From: Candidatus Fervidifonticultor secundus
GTDB taxonomy: Bacteria > Sysuimicrobiota > Sysuimicrobiia > Sysuimicrobiales > Humicultoraceae
DNA length: 47,034 bases
Direction: 5' to 3'
NCBI GenBank assembly: GCA_031459385.1
Contig: JAVKIP010000023.1
Coordinates: 1-47,034, forward strand
Shown here: piece after piece, positions 1-9,645 of the stretch
Numbering within the stretch: position 1 is the stretch's first letter
Layout of the letters: every line of letters starts with the position of its first letter
Translations under genes and position numbers: made by a program
Notes under the pieces: generated by a model
The model's database searches: none
What the model was told of the DNA's origin: nothing
Seen by the model: only the letters and a program-made list of their open reading frames with translations

Positions 1-1619
1 TACTGGACCGACGCGATCCAGATGTACGGCTGGAAGTCGTAGATGCCCGACGTGTTGGGCAGCACGTTGCTCATGCGCTTCGCCACCACGGTCCGGGCGT
101 TGGGGTAGTAGAGCACCAGGATGGGCAGTTCATCGGCGAACACTTCCTGGAACCGGTTGTAGATCTGCCGGCGCCGGGCCGGGTCGGCCGTGGCCTTCCC
201 CTCATCCAGCAGCTGGTCGAGCTGCGGGATGGAATGGTGGGTCAGGTTGTAGATGGCACCGGTCCGGAACTGCGAGGACACATCGGGGTCGAGGTTGCCG
301 CCCCACCCCACCAGGGCCAGGTCGTAGTTGGCTCCCCGCAGCGCCGCAATGTGCGTCGGGAAGTCGGACTTCTGGATCTCCACCCGCATCCCCACCGCCA
401 TCAGGTTCTCGCGGATGATGTCGCCCGACCGCTCGCGGATGACGTTACCCGTCGGCACCCGCAGGATCAGGGTCCGGGTGACGTCCCATCCGGCCTCCTG
501 CAGCAGGGCACGAGCCCGCGCCGGATCGTAGGGCCAGGGCTTCACGTTCTTGTTGAGGTAGGGGCTCAGGGGTACGATCGGCCCTTCGACGAGCTCGGCC
601 TCGCCCCGGAGCAGCTGGTTGATGATCAGGGGGCGGTTCACGGCGTGCGCGATCGCCCGCCGGATGCGCTTGTCCTGCAGGTAGGGACGCTGGAAGTTGT
701 ACAGCATGTACTGGTACGCGGGCGCGGCGAACGACACCGCCCGGACGTGCGGCATCTGCTTGACCCGGTCCCAGTCCTCGATCAGGACCTCACCGATCCC
801 CAATCCGGCGCTCAGGTCCAACTCCCCGCGCTCGATCTGCGCCAACATGACCGCAGGCGGGATGATCCGGATGAACAGCCGCCGGTACTTCGGTGCCCCC
901 AGGTGGAAGTTCTCGTTGGCCAGCAGCTCGATGAACTGGTCGGTCTTGTACTGCACGAACTTGAACGGCCCGCTGCCCACCGTGGGCTGCATCATGAACG
1001 GGTGGCGGTTCAACTGGTCGGGAGGCACGTCCCCCAGGACGTGCTTGGGCAGCATGGGGATGCCGGTGCCGAACTGCTCGAAGAACAGGTTCGGGTCCAC
1101 CGGCACCTTGGTCTTGATCTCGACCTGCTTGGAGCCCAGGATGCGCACCCCCAGCTGGGCGCCGGCGGCGCGTTTGCCGCGGGCATCGGTGCCGGCGATG
1201 GTGGCGATCTCGGTGCCCCGGTTGGTCTCGGTGCGCGGGTCGCTGATGGTATTCAGCGTGAACAGCACGTCGTCGGCCGTCACGGGCTTCCCGTCGTGCC
1301 AGGCCGCCCGCGGGTGCAGCGTGAAGGTGAACGTCTGGTTGTCGGACGACGCCTCCCACCGGCTGGCCAGGGCCGGGTAGAACTTCAGCTGGCCCCCCTC
1401 GATCCGCGCCTCGAGCATGCGCAGGAACATGAACCGGATGGGATAGAGCCCGTACCAGCTGTCCGTGTTGATGGGGTTGAAGTTGTTGGGCGGACTCCAC
1501 ATGCCGGAGACGATGACGAGTTCCGACCGCGGACCGCTCCACCCGCCGCCTGGCAGCAGCAGCGCCGCCACCAAGCCCAGCACGACTGGCGCCACCACTC
1601 GCACGCGTTTGCGATTCAT
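1..1619 (-). CDS. ABC transporter substrate-binding protein, family 5 (Opp/Dpp-like); runs off the window edge
   Basis: Translated manually (not in the ORF track): MNRKRVRVVAPVVLGLVAALLL signal peptide, PALASRWEASSDNQTFTFTLHPRAAWHDGKPVTADDVLFT family-5 signature; GGGGAG RBS upstream; follows two Opp-type permeases. Confidence 0.92.
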   Translation of the reverse strand, partial: MNRKRVRVVAPVVLGLVAALLLPGGGWSGPRSELVIVSGMWSPPNNFNPINTDSWYGLYPIRFMFLRMLEARIEGGQLKFYPALASRWEASSDNQTFTFTLHPRAAWHDGKPVTADDVLFTLNTISDPRTETNRGTEIATIAGTDARGKRAAGAQLGVRILGSKQVEIKTKVPVDPNLFFEQFGTGIPMLPKHVLGDVPPDQLNRHPFMMQPTVGSGPFKFVQYKTDQFIELLANENFHLGAPKYRRLFIRIIPPAVMLAQIERGELDLSAGLGIGEVLIEDWDRVKQMPHVRAVSFAAPAYQYMLYNFQRPYLQDKRIRRAIAHAVNRPLIINQLLRGEAELVEGPIVPLSPYLNKNVKPWPYDPARARALLQEAGWDVTRTLILRVPTGNVIRERSGDIIRENLMAVGMRVEIQKSDFPTHIAALRGANYDLALVGWGGNLDPDVSSQFRTGAIYNLTHHSIPQLDQLLDEGKATADPARRRQIYNRFQEVFADELPILVLYYPNARTVVAKRMSNVLPNTSGIYDFQPYIWIASVQ

Positions 1620-1687
1620 GATCGCTCCCCCCTTCGTCCGGGTCGTAGCACCCTACGCTGCCGGCGACGCGTTCTCCTCTCCGCCGG

Positions 1688-2599
1688 CTACAGCCGCAGG
1701 CCGGGATCCAGTGCGTCCCGCAGCCCGTCGCCCACGAAGTTGATGGCCAGCACCGAGATCAGGATCATGACGCCGGGCGGCAACCACAGCCACGGCATCC
1801 GCTCCAGCACCGTCAGCGACTGCGCGTCAGTGAGCATGTTGCCCCACGACGGCGTCGGCGGCTGGACCCCCAGGCCCAGGAACGACAGCGCGGCTTCCAC
1901 CAGGATCGCATTGGCGGTGCCGAACGTGGCTGCCACCAGCACCGGCGCCATGGCGTTGGGGAGCAGGTGGCGTACCACCACCGCGCGATCGTCGGCGCCG
2001 CTGGCCCGGGCGGCCAGCACGAACTCCTGCTGGCGCAGCGCGAGGACCTGGCCCCGCACCAGGCGCGCCACCGGCGGCCACCCCAGGAGGCCCAGGACGA
2101 TGATCACGTTCCACAGGCTGGGCCGCCCGACGACGCTGACAGCGAACAGGATGATGATCAGCGGCGGAAACGAGAGCACCACGTCCATGACCCGGCTCAG
2201 CAGGAGGTCCACCTTCCCTCCGGCGTACCCGGCGATCGCCCCCACGGTCGTGCCGATCACCACGTACATCGCCACGGCCAGGACGCCGACCGAAAGCGAG
2301 ACGCGGGCCGCGTAGATCATCCGGCTGAGCACGTCGCGGCCCACGCTATCGGTCCCCAGCGGGTGGGTCGCCGACGGAGCAGCCTGGAACGCCGTCGCGT
2401 CGATCGCCGTGGGGCTGTGGGGCGCCAGCGCCGGGGCGGCCAGCGCCATCAGCGCCACGGCGGTGAAGACCGCGAGCCCCACTACCGCCATGCGGTGGCG
2501 CAGGAAGCGGCGCAGTGCCAGCACCCAGAAGGACTCGGCCCGGGGTGCCCGCAGCGGCGCGGCGACCAGCGACGGGGCCTTCGAGAGGGCGTCCGGCAT
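1688..2599 (-). CDS. Oligopeptide/dipeptide ABC permease, OppC/DppC-like
   Basis: HPLGTDSVGRDVLSR, EFVLAARASGA (EAA loop), SFLGLG..PPTPSWG, GDGLRDALDP. Confidence 0.95.
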   Translation of the reverse strand: MPDALSKAPSLVAAPLRAPRAESFWVLALRRFLRHRMAVVGLAVFTAVALMALAAPALAPHSPTAIDATAFQAAPSATHPLGTDSVGRDVLSRMIYAARVSLSVGVLAVAMYVVIGTTVGAIAGYAGGKVDLLLSRVMDVVLSFPPLIIILFAVSVVGRPSLWNVIIVLGLLGWPPVARLVRGQVLALRQQEFVLAARASGADDRAVVVRHLLPNAMAPVLVAATFGTANAILVEAALSFLGLGVQPPTPSWGNMLTDAQSLTVLERMPWLWLPPGVMILISVLAINFVGDGLRDALDPGLRL

Positions 2600-2607
2600 G
2601 GTCTGCG

Positions 2608-3558
2608 TCAGTCGTAGCGGATCCGGGGGTCGATGTAGGCGTACGTCAGGTCGGCCAGCAGGTTGCCGGCCGCGACCAGCACCGCGGTGATCAGCGTGAT
2701 CCCCATGAGCACGGGATAGTCACGCTGGTTGATGGCCTCGATGGTCAGGCGGCCCATCCCCGGCCACTCGAAGATCTGCTCGGTGATGACCGCACCCGCC
2801 AGCAGCGCCGGAATCTGCAGACCGGCCAGGGTGACGACGGGAATCAGGGCGTTGCGCAGCGCGTGCCGCCGCAGCACCAGCACCTCAGCCAGCCCTTTGG
2901 CCCGCGCCGTGCGCACGTAGTCCTGGCCCAGCACCTCCAGCATGCTGGAGCGCACGTACCGCATCAGCGCCCCCGCCCCGGCCACAGCCAGCACGGACGC
3001 TGGCAGCACCAGGTGCCACGCCAGGTCCAGCACCCCGCCGTCTCCACCCAGGGTCATCGTCCCGCCGGTGGGCAACCACCGAAGCCGCAGGGCGAAGACG
3101 TAGATGCCGGCCAGGCCCAGGAAGAACGTGGGCAGGCTGATGCCCAAAAACGCGAAGAACGTGGCGACGTAGTCAGTCCACGTGTAGCGGCGCACCGCGA
3201 CCAGCACGCCAGTCGGGACCGCGATCAGGTACGACAACCCCAGGGCCGTGCCCGTGAGCGTCAGCGTCGGCCCGATACGCTCGCCGATGCGCTTCGCGAC
3301 CGGCGCGCCGCTGCTGAACGAGTAGCCCAGGTTGCCGCGCAGCACCTCGCCGAGCCACCGGACGTACCGCACATAGACGGGCTGGTCCAGGCCCAGGGCG
3401 CGGCGTTTGATCTCCATGTCCGCCTCGCTCATGCTGGGATTGACCAGCATCGTGACCGGATCGCCGGGCGTCAGCGACATGATGAGGTAGCTCAGCACCG
3501 TGATGCCCAGCAGGATCGGCAGGGCGACCAGCGCGCGCCGAACCAGGTAGCGCTGCAT
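2608..3558 (-). CDS. Oligopeptide/dipeptide ABC permease, OppB/DppB-like
   Basis: Starts MQRYLVRRAL after GGAGG; LGLDQP, DYVRTARAKGL, HALRNA, DPRIRY. Confidence 0.95.
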   Translation of the reverse strand: MQRYLVRRALVALPILLGITVLSYLIMSLTPGDPVTMLVNPSMSEADMEIKRRALGLDQPVYVRYVRWLGEVLRGNLGYSFSSGAPVAKRIGERIGPTLTLTGTALGLSYLIAVPTGVLVAVRRYTWTDYVATFFAFLGISLPTFFLGLAGIYVFALRLRWLPTGGTMTLGGDGGVLDLAWHLVLPASVLAVAGAGALMRYVRSSMLEVLGQDYVRTARAKGLAEVLVLRRHALRNALIPVVTLAGLQIPALLAGAVITEQIFEWPGMGRLTIEAINQRDYPVLMGITLITAVLVAAGNLLADLTYAYIDPRIRYD

Positions 3559-3575
3559 GCCGGCCTCCGCCTCCG

Positions 3576-4148
3576 TCAGTCGGCGAAGACAATCTTCCCG
3601 TCGCTCATGTCCACGACCCGCGCGAGGGCCTCCACCGGCACGCCCAGGGGCTCCAGCAGCCGGCGCCCGCCCTCGAACGTCTTCTCGATCACGACCCCGA
3701 TCCCCACCAGGACCCCCCGCGCCGCCTGCACGATGCGCGCCAGGCCCAGGATCGTCTGGCCGGTGGCCAGGAAGTCGTCGACGATCAGCACGCGGTCTCC
3801 GGGGGCGAGGAACTCGGGCGAGACGATCAGCTCGACGTTCAGGCCCTTGGTGTGGGACGGGGCCAGGGTCAGGTAGACCTCGCCGGGCATGGTCACCGGC
3901 CGCTGCTTGCGCGCGTAGATCACCGGTACCCCGAGCCTGAGCGCGGTGCAGAACGCCGGCGCAATCCCCGAGATCTCCGCGGTCAGCACCTTCGTCGCGC
4001 CCGCAGTCGCGAAGCGCCGCGCCAGCTCCTGACCACACGCGTGCATCAGCGCCGGATCCACCTGGTGGTTGATGAAGCCGTCGACTTTGAGGATCCCGCG
4101 GCCGAGGTTGCGGCCCTCGGCCCTGATGCGCTGCTTCAACGCCTCCAT
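3576..4148 (-). CDS. xpt: Xanthine phosphoribosyltransferase
   Basis: ILKVDGFINHQVDP, VLTAEISGI, YARK, PRPP motif VLIVDDFLATG, IEKTFEGGR. Confidence 0.9.
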   Translation of the reverse strand: MEALKQRIRAEGRNLGRGILKVDGFINHQVDPALMHACGQELARRFATAGATKVLTAEISGIAPAFCTALRLGVPVIYARKQRPVTMPGEVYLTLAPSHTKGLNVELIVSPEFLAPGDRVLIVDDFLATGQTILGLARIVQAARGVLVGIGVVIEKTFEGGRRLLEPLGVPVEALARVVDMSDGKIVFAD

Positions 4149-4314
4149 CGATCCCCCACGAGCCGGCCCGCGCCTGCCGCGCCGGCGACCCGGCTGCCGG
4201 GCGACCCGCCCGGCTGTCCATGGAACAGTGCTGCCGGGCACGCCCCGGAGCCGACCGCCACCCGGCTAGCCCTTCCGGCGTCCGGAAGCCATTCGCCGCC
4301 GCCGGTCGGCCCCC

Positions 4315-5517
4315 CTACGCCGCAGCCTGCCGGTAGACCACGCGCCCGGCGACGATCGTGGCCCGGACCACCAGACGCGCATCCAGCACGACCAGGTCGG
4401 CCGGCGCGCCGGGCGCGATGCTGGCCGGGCGCCCCAGCAGCTCCGCCGGCGTCACAGACGCCATGCGCAGCGCATCCAGCAGGTCGACGCCGAGCGCGCC
4501 GACGTGCCGCACGGCCGCATCCATGGTCAGGACGCTGCCGGCCAGGGTTCCGTCCGGCAGGCGGGGCGCGCCGTCGCGCACCCTGACCTCGCGGTCCCCC
4601 AGCGTCGAGATCCCGCCCGGCGTCCCGGCCGCCGCCACAGCGTCGGTGATCAGCACGGTCCGCGCCGGCGTCTTGGCGCCGATGACGTGGGCGACCACGG
4701 CGGGGTGCAGGTGCACGAGGTCGGCGATGATCGAGCAAGTCACGTCGGGGTGCGACAGCGCCGCTCCCACCACGCCGGGCTCCCGGTGGTGGAACGGCCT
4801 CATGGCGTTGAACAGGTGTGTCGCCAGCCGGGCACCGCGGTCGAACGCCGCCCGGGCCTGCGCGTAGGTAGCCTCGGTGTGGCCCAACGCCACGACGATC
4901 CCGCGGCCCACGAGATAGTCGATCAGGTCGAGGGCGCCGTCGAGTTCCGGGGCGAGCGTGACGAGCCTGATGACCCCCTGAAACTCATCCAGCAGGCGGC
5001 CGATGAACTCGATGGAAGGGGGACGGAGATGCTCGATGCGGTGCGCGCCAGGGCGCGCGCGCGACAGGAACGGGCCCTCGAGATGCACGCCGGCGATACG
5101 AGGCGCCACGGACGGGCGCTCCATCCGTGGGGCGAAGAACGCCAGCGCACGCTGCAGCTGGTCCGTGGGTGCGGAGATGAGCGTGGGCAGGTAGGCCACG
5201 GTGCCCGTGCGCAGCAGGTGGGTCGAGGCGGCCTCCAGGCCCTCGGGGGTGGGGCGCAGGAAGTCGCAGCCGGCAGCGCCGTTGACCTGCAGGTCGACGA
5301 ACCCGGGCGCTACGAGGTCATCGGCCGCGTCGAACTCCGGCGCCGGATGGTAGCCCTCGGAGACGGCGGCGATGCGATCGCCTTCGATCTTGAGGAACCC
5401 CGGTCCGGTCAGGCCCCCGGGGCGCAGCAGGCGCCCGGCCTGGATCACCCATCGGCCCCCGACCGGCTCCCTCCCGCCCGGCGTACCGCCGTCTGCGGCC
5501 TGCCGCGGGTCCGTCAC
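4315..5517 (-). CDS. nagA: N-acetylglucosamine-6-phosphate deacetylase
   Basis: PGFVDLQVNG, HLEGPF, PGAH, LGHT, THLFNAM, ITDA, LAGS. Confidence 0.95.
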   Translation of the reverse strand: MTDPRQAADGGTPGGREPVGGRWVIQAGRLLRPGGLTGPGFLKIEGDRIAAVSEGYHPAPEFDAADDLVAPGFVDLQVNGAAGCDFLRPTPEGLEAASTHLLRTGTVAYLPTLISAPTDQLQRALAFFAPRMERPSVAPRIAGVHLEGPFLSRARPGAHRIEHLRPPSIEFIGRLLDEFQGVIRLVTLAPELDGALDLIDYLVGRGIVVALGHTEATYAQARAAFDRGARLATHLFNAMRPFHHREPGVVGAALSHPDVTCSIIADLVHLHPAVVAHVIGAKTPARTVLITDAVAAAGTPGGISTLGDREVRVRDGAPRLPDGTLAGSVLTMDAAVRHVGALGVDLLDALRMASVTPAELLGRPASIAPGAPADLVVLDARLVVRATIVAGRVVYRQAAA

Positions 5518-7109
5518 GGCCGGTCTCCGGGCAGCGTGACCGGCAGCGACCCCCGGGCAGGGCGATGCCCGAGCAGCACCCGGGCCGCGCCATCGACACT
5601 CAGCGGGTCGGCGCCGTAGGTGGCCAGGCAGGTGGCATCATCCGGGGCGGCAGCGAGCTCGTAGGGATCGCCGGCCGCGACGACCACCAGCCGGTCGCCG
5701 GCGCTGCGGCGCAGTGCGCGCAGGGCGTCGATCGTGCGGGCGTCCGGGACGCCGCGCCCCCACGTCACCGCGACCACGCGGTCGAAGGAGGAGAGGTCCC
5801 GAGCGTCGAGGGGCCGCGCCACCGCGTCCGCCCCGTGGTGCTGCAGGGCCGCCGCCAGGTCGGGGCGGATCGCATCGGGGGCTCGCCCCGCCTCCGCGGG
5901 CGCTGTGAGCGCGACGACGGCGATCCTCCCGCCTAGCGGCAACCTGCCGGTCCGGTCGCGCACCAGCGTGACGGCAGCCTCCGCAACCCGGCGCGCCACG
6001 TCCATGTGCGCCGGGGTGCCAACCCGCGCGGCGAGGTCGGCCGTCGGACCGGCCGGCGATGCCACCGCGCCCGCGCCCCACCGGTGCGCCGCCTCGGCCA
6101 GCCGGGCCTGCGCCGCGCCGATACGGTCGGCGCCCAGTGCGCCGCGCTCGATCGCCTGCGCCAGGCGGTCGAGGATCTCGTCCTGCACCGCCTCCGGCCC
6201 GAGCGCCAGCAGCAGGTCGCAGCCCGCCTGCACCGCGCGCACAGCGGCGTCGCCGACCCCAAAATGGTCGGCGATCGCCCGCATGCTCAGCGAGTCCGAC
6301 AGGATGAGCCCGCCGAACCCCAACCGGCGGCGCAGCAGGCCCGTGAGGATCGGTGCCGACATCGTCGCAGGGGTGCCGGTCGGGTCGAGCGCGGGGTAGA
6401 CGATGTGGGCGGTCATCACCGCGGCGACGCCGGCGCGCACCGCCGCCGCAAACGGCGCCAGCTCCACCACTTCCAGCCGCGCCAGGCCATGCTCGACCCG
6501 CGGCAGGCCCAGGTGTGAGTCCACGGTGGTGTCTCCGTGCCCGGGAAAGTGCTTGGCCGTCGCGCCCACCCCGGCGCCCTGCAGCCCCTCGAGGTAGGCA
6601 ACGCCGAGCATCGTCACCAGCGCGGGCGTCTCCCCGAAGGCGCGGGCGCCGATGACCGGATTCGCCGCATTGGTGTTTACGTCCAGCACGGGCGCGAAGT
6701 TCAGGTGGACGCCGAGCGCGCGCAGTTCCGCGCCCGCGACCGCGCCGGCGGCGCGCGCCAGGGCCGGATCGCCGGCGGCGCCCAGCGCCATCGCCGAGGG
6801 CAACGGGGTGACGGCCGGCCCGGCGGCGCCGGGCTGCGGGGGGAAGCGCGTGACCGCCCCGCCCTCGTGGTCGATGGTCACGAGCAGCGGCGGCGCGCCG
6901 GCGGCGCGCGCGAGGGCCTGGAGGCTCGCGGTCAGCGCCGCGACCTGCGCCGCGGTCTGCACGTTCTTCTGGAACAGGACCACGCCAGCGACGTGCGCGT
7001 CCGCCAGGCGCCGCTCGAGCGCCGACGAGGGCACCGGCCCGTCGAAGTCGACCAGGCACAGTCGGCCGGCCTGCCGGCGGGCCGCCGGGCCGGGGCGCAC
7101 CGGGCTCAA
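5514..7109 (-). CDS. nagZ: GH3 beta-N-acetylhexosaminidase
   Basis: DHEGG, APVLD, KHFPGHGDTTVDSH NagZ signature, nucleophile in LSDSLSM; 4-nt overlap with nagA; TTG start uncertain. Confidence 0.92.
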   Translation of the reverse strand: MSPVRPGPAARRQAGRLCLVDFDGPVPSSALERRLADAHVAGVVLFQKNVQTAAQVAALTASLQALARAAGAPPLLVTIDHEGGAVTRFPPQPGAAGPAVTPLPSAMALGAAGDPALARAAGAVAGAELRALGVHLNFAPVLDVNTNAANPVIGARAFGETPALVTMLGVAYLEGLQGAGVGATAKHFPGHGDTTVDSHLGLPRVEHGLARLEVVELAPFAAAVRAGVAAVMTAHIVYPALDPTGTPATMSAPILTGLLRRRLGFGGLILSDSLSMRAIADHFGVGDAAVRAVQAGCDLLLALGPEAVQDEILDRLAQAIERGALGADRIGAAQARLAEAAHRWGAGAVASPAGPTADLAARVGTPAHMDVARRVAEAAVTLVRDRTGRLPLGGRIAVVALTAPAEAGRAPDAIRPDLAAALQHHGADAVARPLDARDLSSFDRVVAVTWGRGVPDARTIDALRALRRSAGDRLVVVAAGDPYELAAAPDDATCLATYGADPLSVDGAARVLLGHRPARGSLPVTLPGDRP

Positions 7110-7116
7110 CCCGGCG

Positions 7117-8313
<1,197 letters not shown>

Positions 8314-8401
8314 GACAGATACGCCTCCTCCTGGACGCGCGGCGCGCGCTGCGACAGCCGCAGAGGGCACGGACGACCCGCAGCGTCACGGCGACAGTCC
8401 C

Positions 8402-8410
8402 ATTATAGCA
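8402..8410 (-). promoter_or_regulatory. Extended -10 promoter element (TGCTATAAT) for the htrA-nagZ-nagA run
   Basis: Perfect TGnTATAAT on the minus strand in a GC-rich intergenic region, about 90 nt upstream of htrA. Confidence 0.7.
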
Positions 8411-8508
8411 AGGGCGCGCATCCCGGCAGGGACCGCGGCCGCGCGGCGGAACTACTTCAAGCAACGCCACGGCTCCAGGCAGCACTACGTCGCACGCGAG
8501 GGGAGATC

Positions 8509-9645
8509 GTGTTCACGCTGACCGCGCAGCAGGAAGCCCGTGCCGTCGCGCTGCACCGCGAGGCCCTGGTGGTCGACACGCTCTCAGGCGAGCCGTCGGT
8601 CTTCTCGCCCGAGATGCTGGCCCGGCTCGAGGACCTGGCAGCGCGCCGTACGCCGCTGGCCGACATCCTCGACGAGCTGGACCGCCTGGCCGCCGACGCG
8701 CTGGTCGCCGACCGGCTGCCCGAGTACTGGGCCTGGTGGGACGCCAGCGGCGTCGACGTCATCAGCGCCACGCAGGGCGCGTTCGGGCGCATCCCCTTCA
8801 GCTACGAGGCCGCGGTGCGGGATCTGGCGCGCATGACGCGCAAGTTCGACGGCTGCGACCGTCTGCTGAAGGTCACGCGTGCGGCCGACATCGAGCGCGC
8901 CAAGGCCGAGGGGCGCCGTGGCATCATCCTCAACTTCCAGAACACCACGCCCATCGGCCAGGATCTCGCCCTCCTCGACTTCTTCTACGACCTGGGGGTC
9001 CGGATCGTTCAGCTCACCTACAACGCGCAGAACTTCGTGGGCGCCGGCTGCACCGAGCGCACGGACGGCGGCCTGAGCCACTTCGGCCTGCGCGTCATCC
9101 GCCACATGAACGAGCGGGGGATGCTGATCGACCTGTCCCACTGCGGCCTGCGCACCACCATGGAGGCGATCGAGGCCTCCCAGCGCCCGGTGGCCATCAC
9201 GCACTCGTTCTCGCGCGAGCTCAGCCCCCACGACCGGGGCAAGACCGACGCGATCCTCCGGGCGCTCGCCGAGCGCGACGGCTACTTCGGCGTGCTGGTC
9301 GTCCCCTTCTTCATCACCGGGGAACCGCAGGCCACGCTCGAGCACTTCCTGGCCCACGTGGACCGCGCGGTGGAGATCATGGGGATCGACCACGTGGGCA
9401 TCGGGACCGACTGGGGCGCGGTGTTCCCCAAGACGCTGGAGGCGCTGCTGGATGCCGAGATGGTGCGGTTCGGCTTCCGCCCCGAGCACCGGACCAGCTG
9501 GGGCGCGCGCGTGGACGGCTACCAGTCATGGCGCGACTGGCCCAACCTGACCCGTGCCCTGGTCTGGCGCGGCTACTCCGACAACGAGATCATCAAGTTG
9601 CTGGGCGCCAGCTTCCTGCGGATCTTTCGCGATGTCGTCGGATAG
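8509..9645 (+). CDS. Membrane dipeptidase family (M19) amidohydrolase with atypical metal ligands
   Basis: LGVRIVQLTYN, GGLSHFG, IDLSH, ITHS, HVGIGTD; GTG start after GGGGAG. Confidence 0.85.
   Translation: MFTLTAQQEARAVALHREALVVDTLSGEPSVFSPEMLARLEDLAARRTPLADILDELDRLAADALVADRLPEYWAWWDASGVDVISATQGAFGRIPFSYEAAVRDLARMTRKFDGCDRLLKVTRAADIERAKAEGRRGIILNFQNTTPIGQDLALLDFFYDLGVRIVQLTYNAQNFVGAGCTERTDGGLSHFGLRVIRHMNERGMLIDLSHCGLRTTMEAIEASQRPVAITHSFSRELSPHDRGKTDAILRALAERDGYFGVLVVPFFITGEPQATLEHFLAHVDRAVEIMGIDHVGIGTDWGAVFPKTLEALLDAEMVRFGFRPEHRTSWGARVDGYQSWRDWPNLTRALVWRGYSDNEIIKLLGASFLRIFRDVVG

Noticed and set aside
234..2315. 693-aa + strand ORF and similar long ORFs (9593-12379 -, 33037-35226 -, 39353-41611 +, 42152-45187 +)
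   Set aside because: Antisense shadows of well-supported genes, expected at this GC content; no recognisable motifs
3559..4221. N-terminal extension of the OppB ORF (537 aa)
   Set aside because: It overlaps xpt out of frame; the real start follows GGAGG at 3558
4149..4314. Canonical purine or ykkC riboswitch before xpt
   Set aside because: The conserved aptamer nucleotides were not found by eye; kept only as an unassigned structured leader
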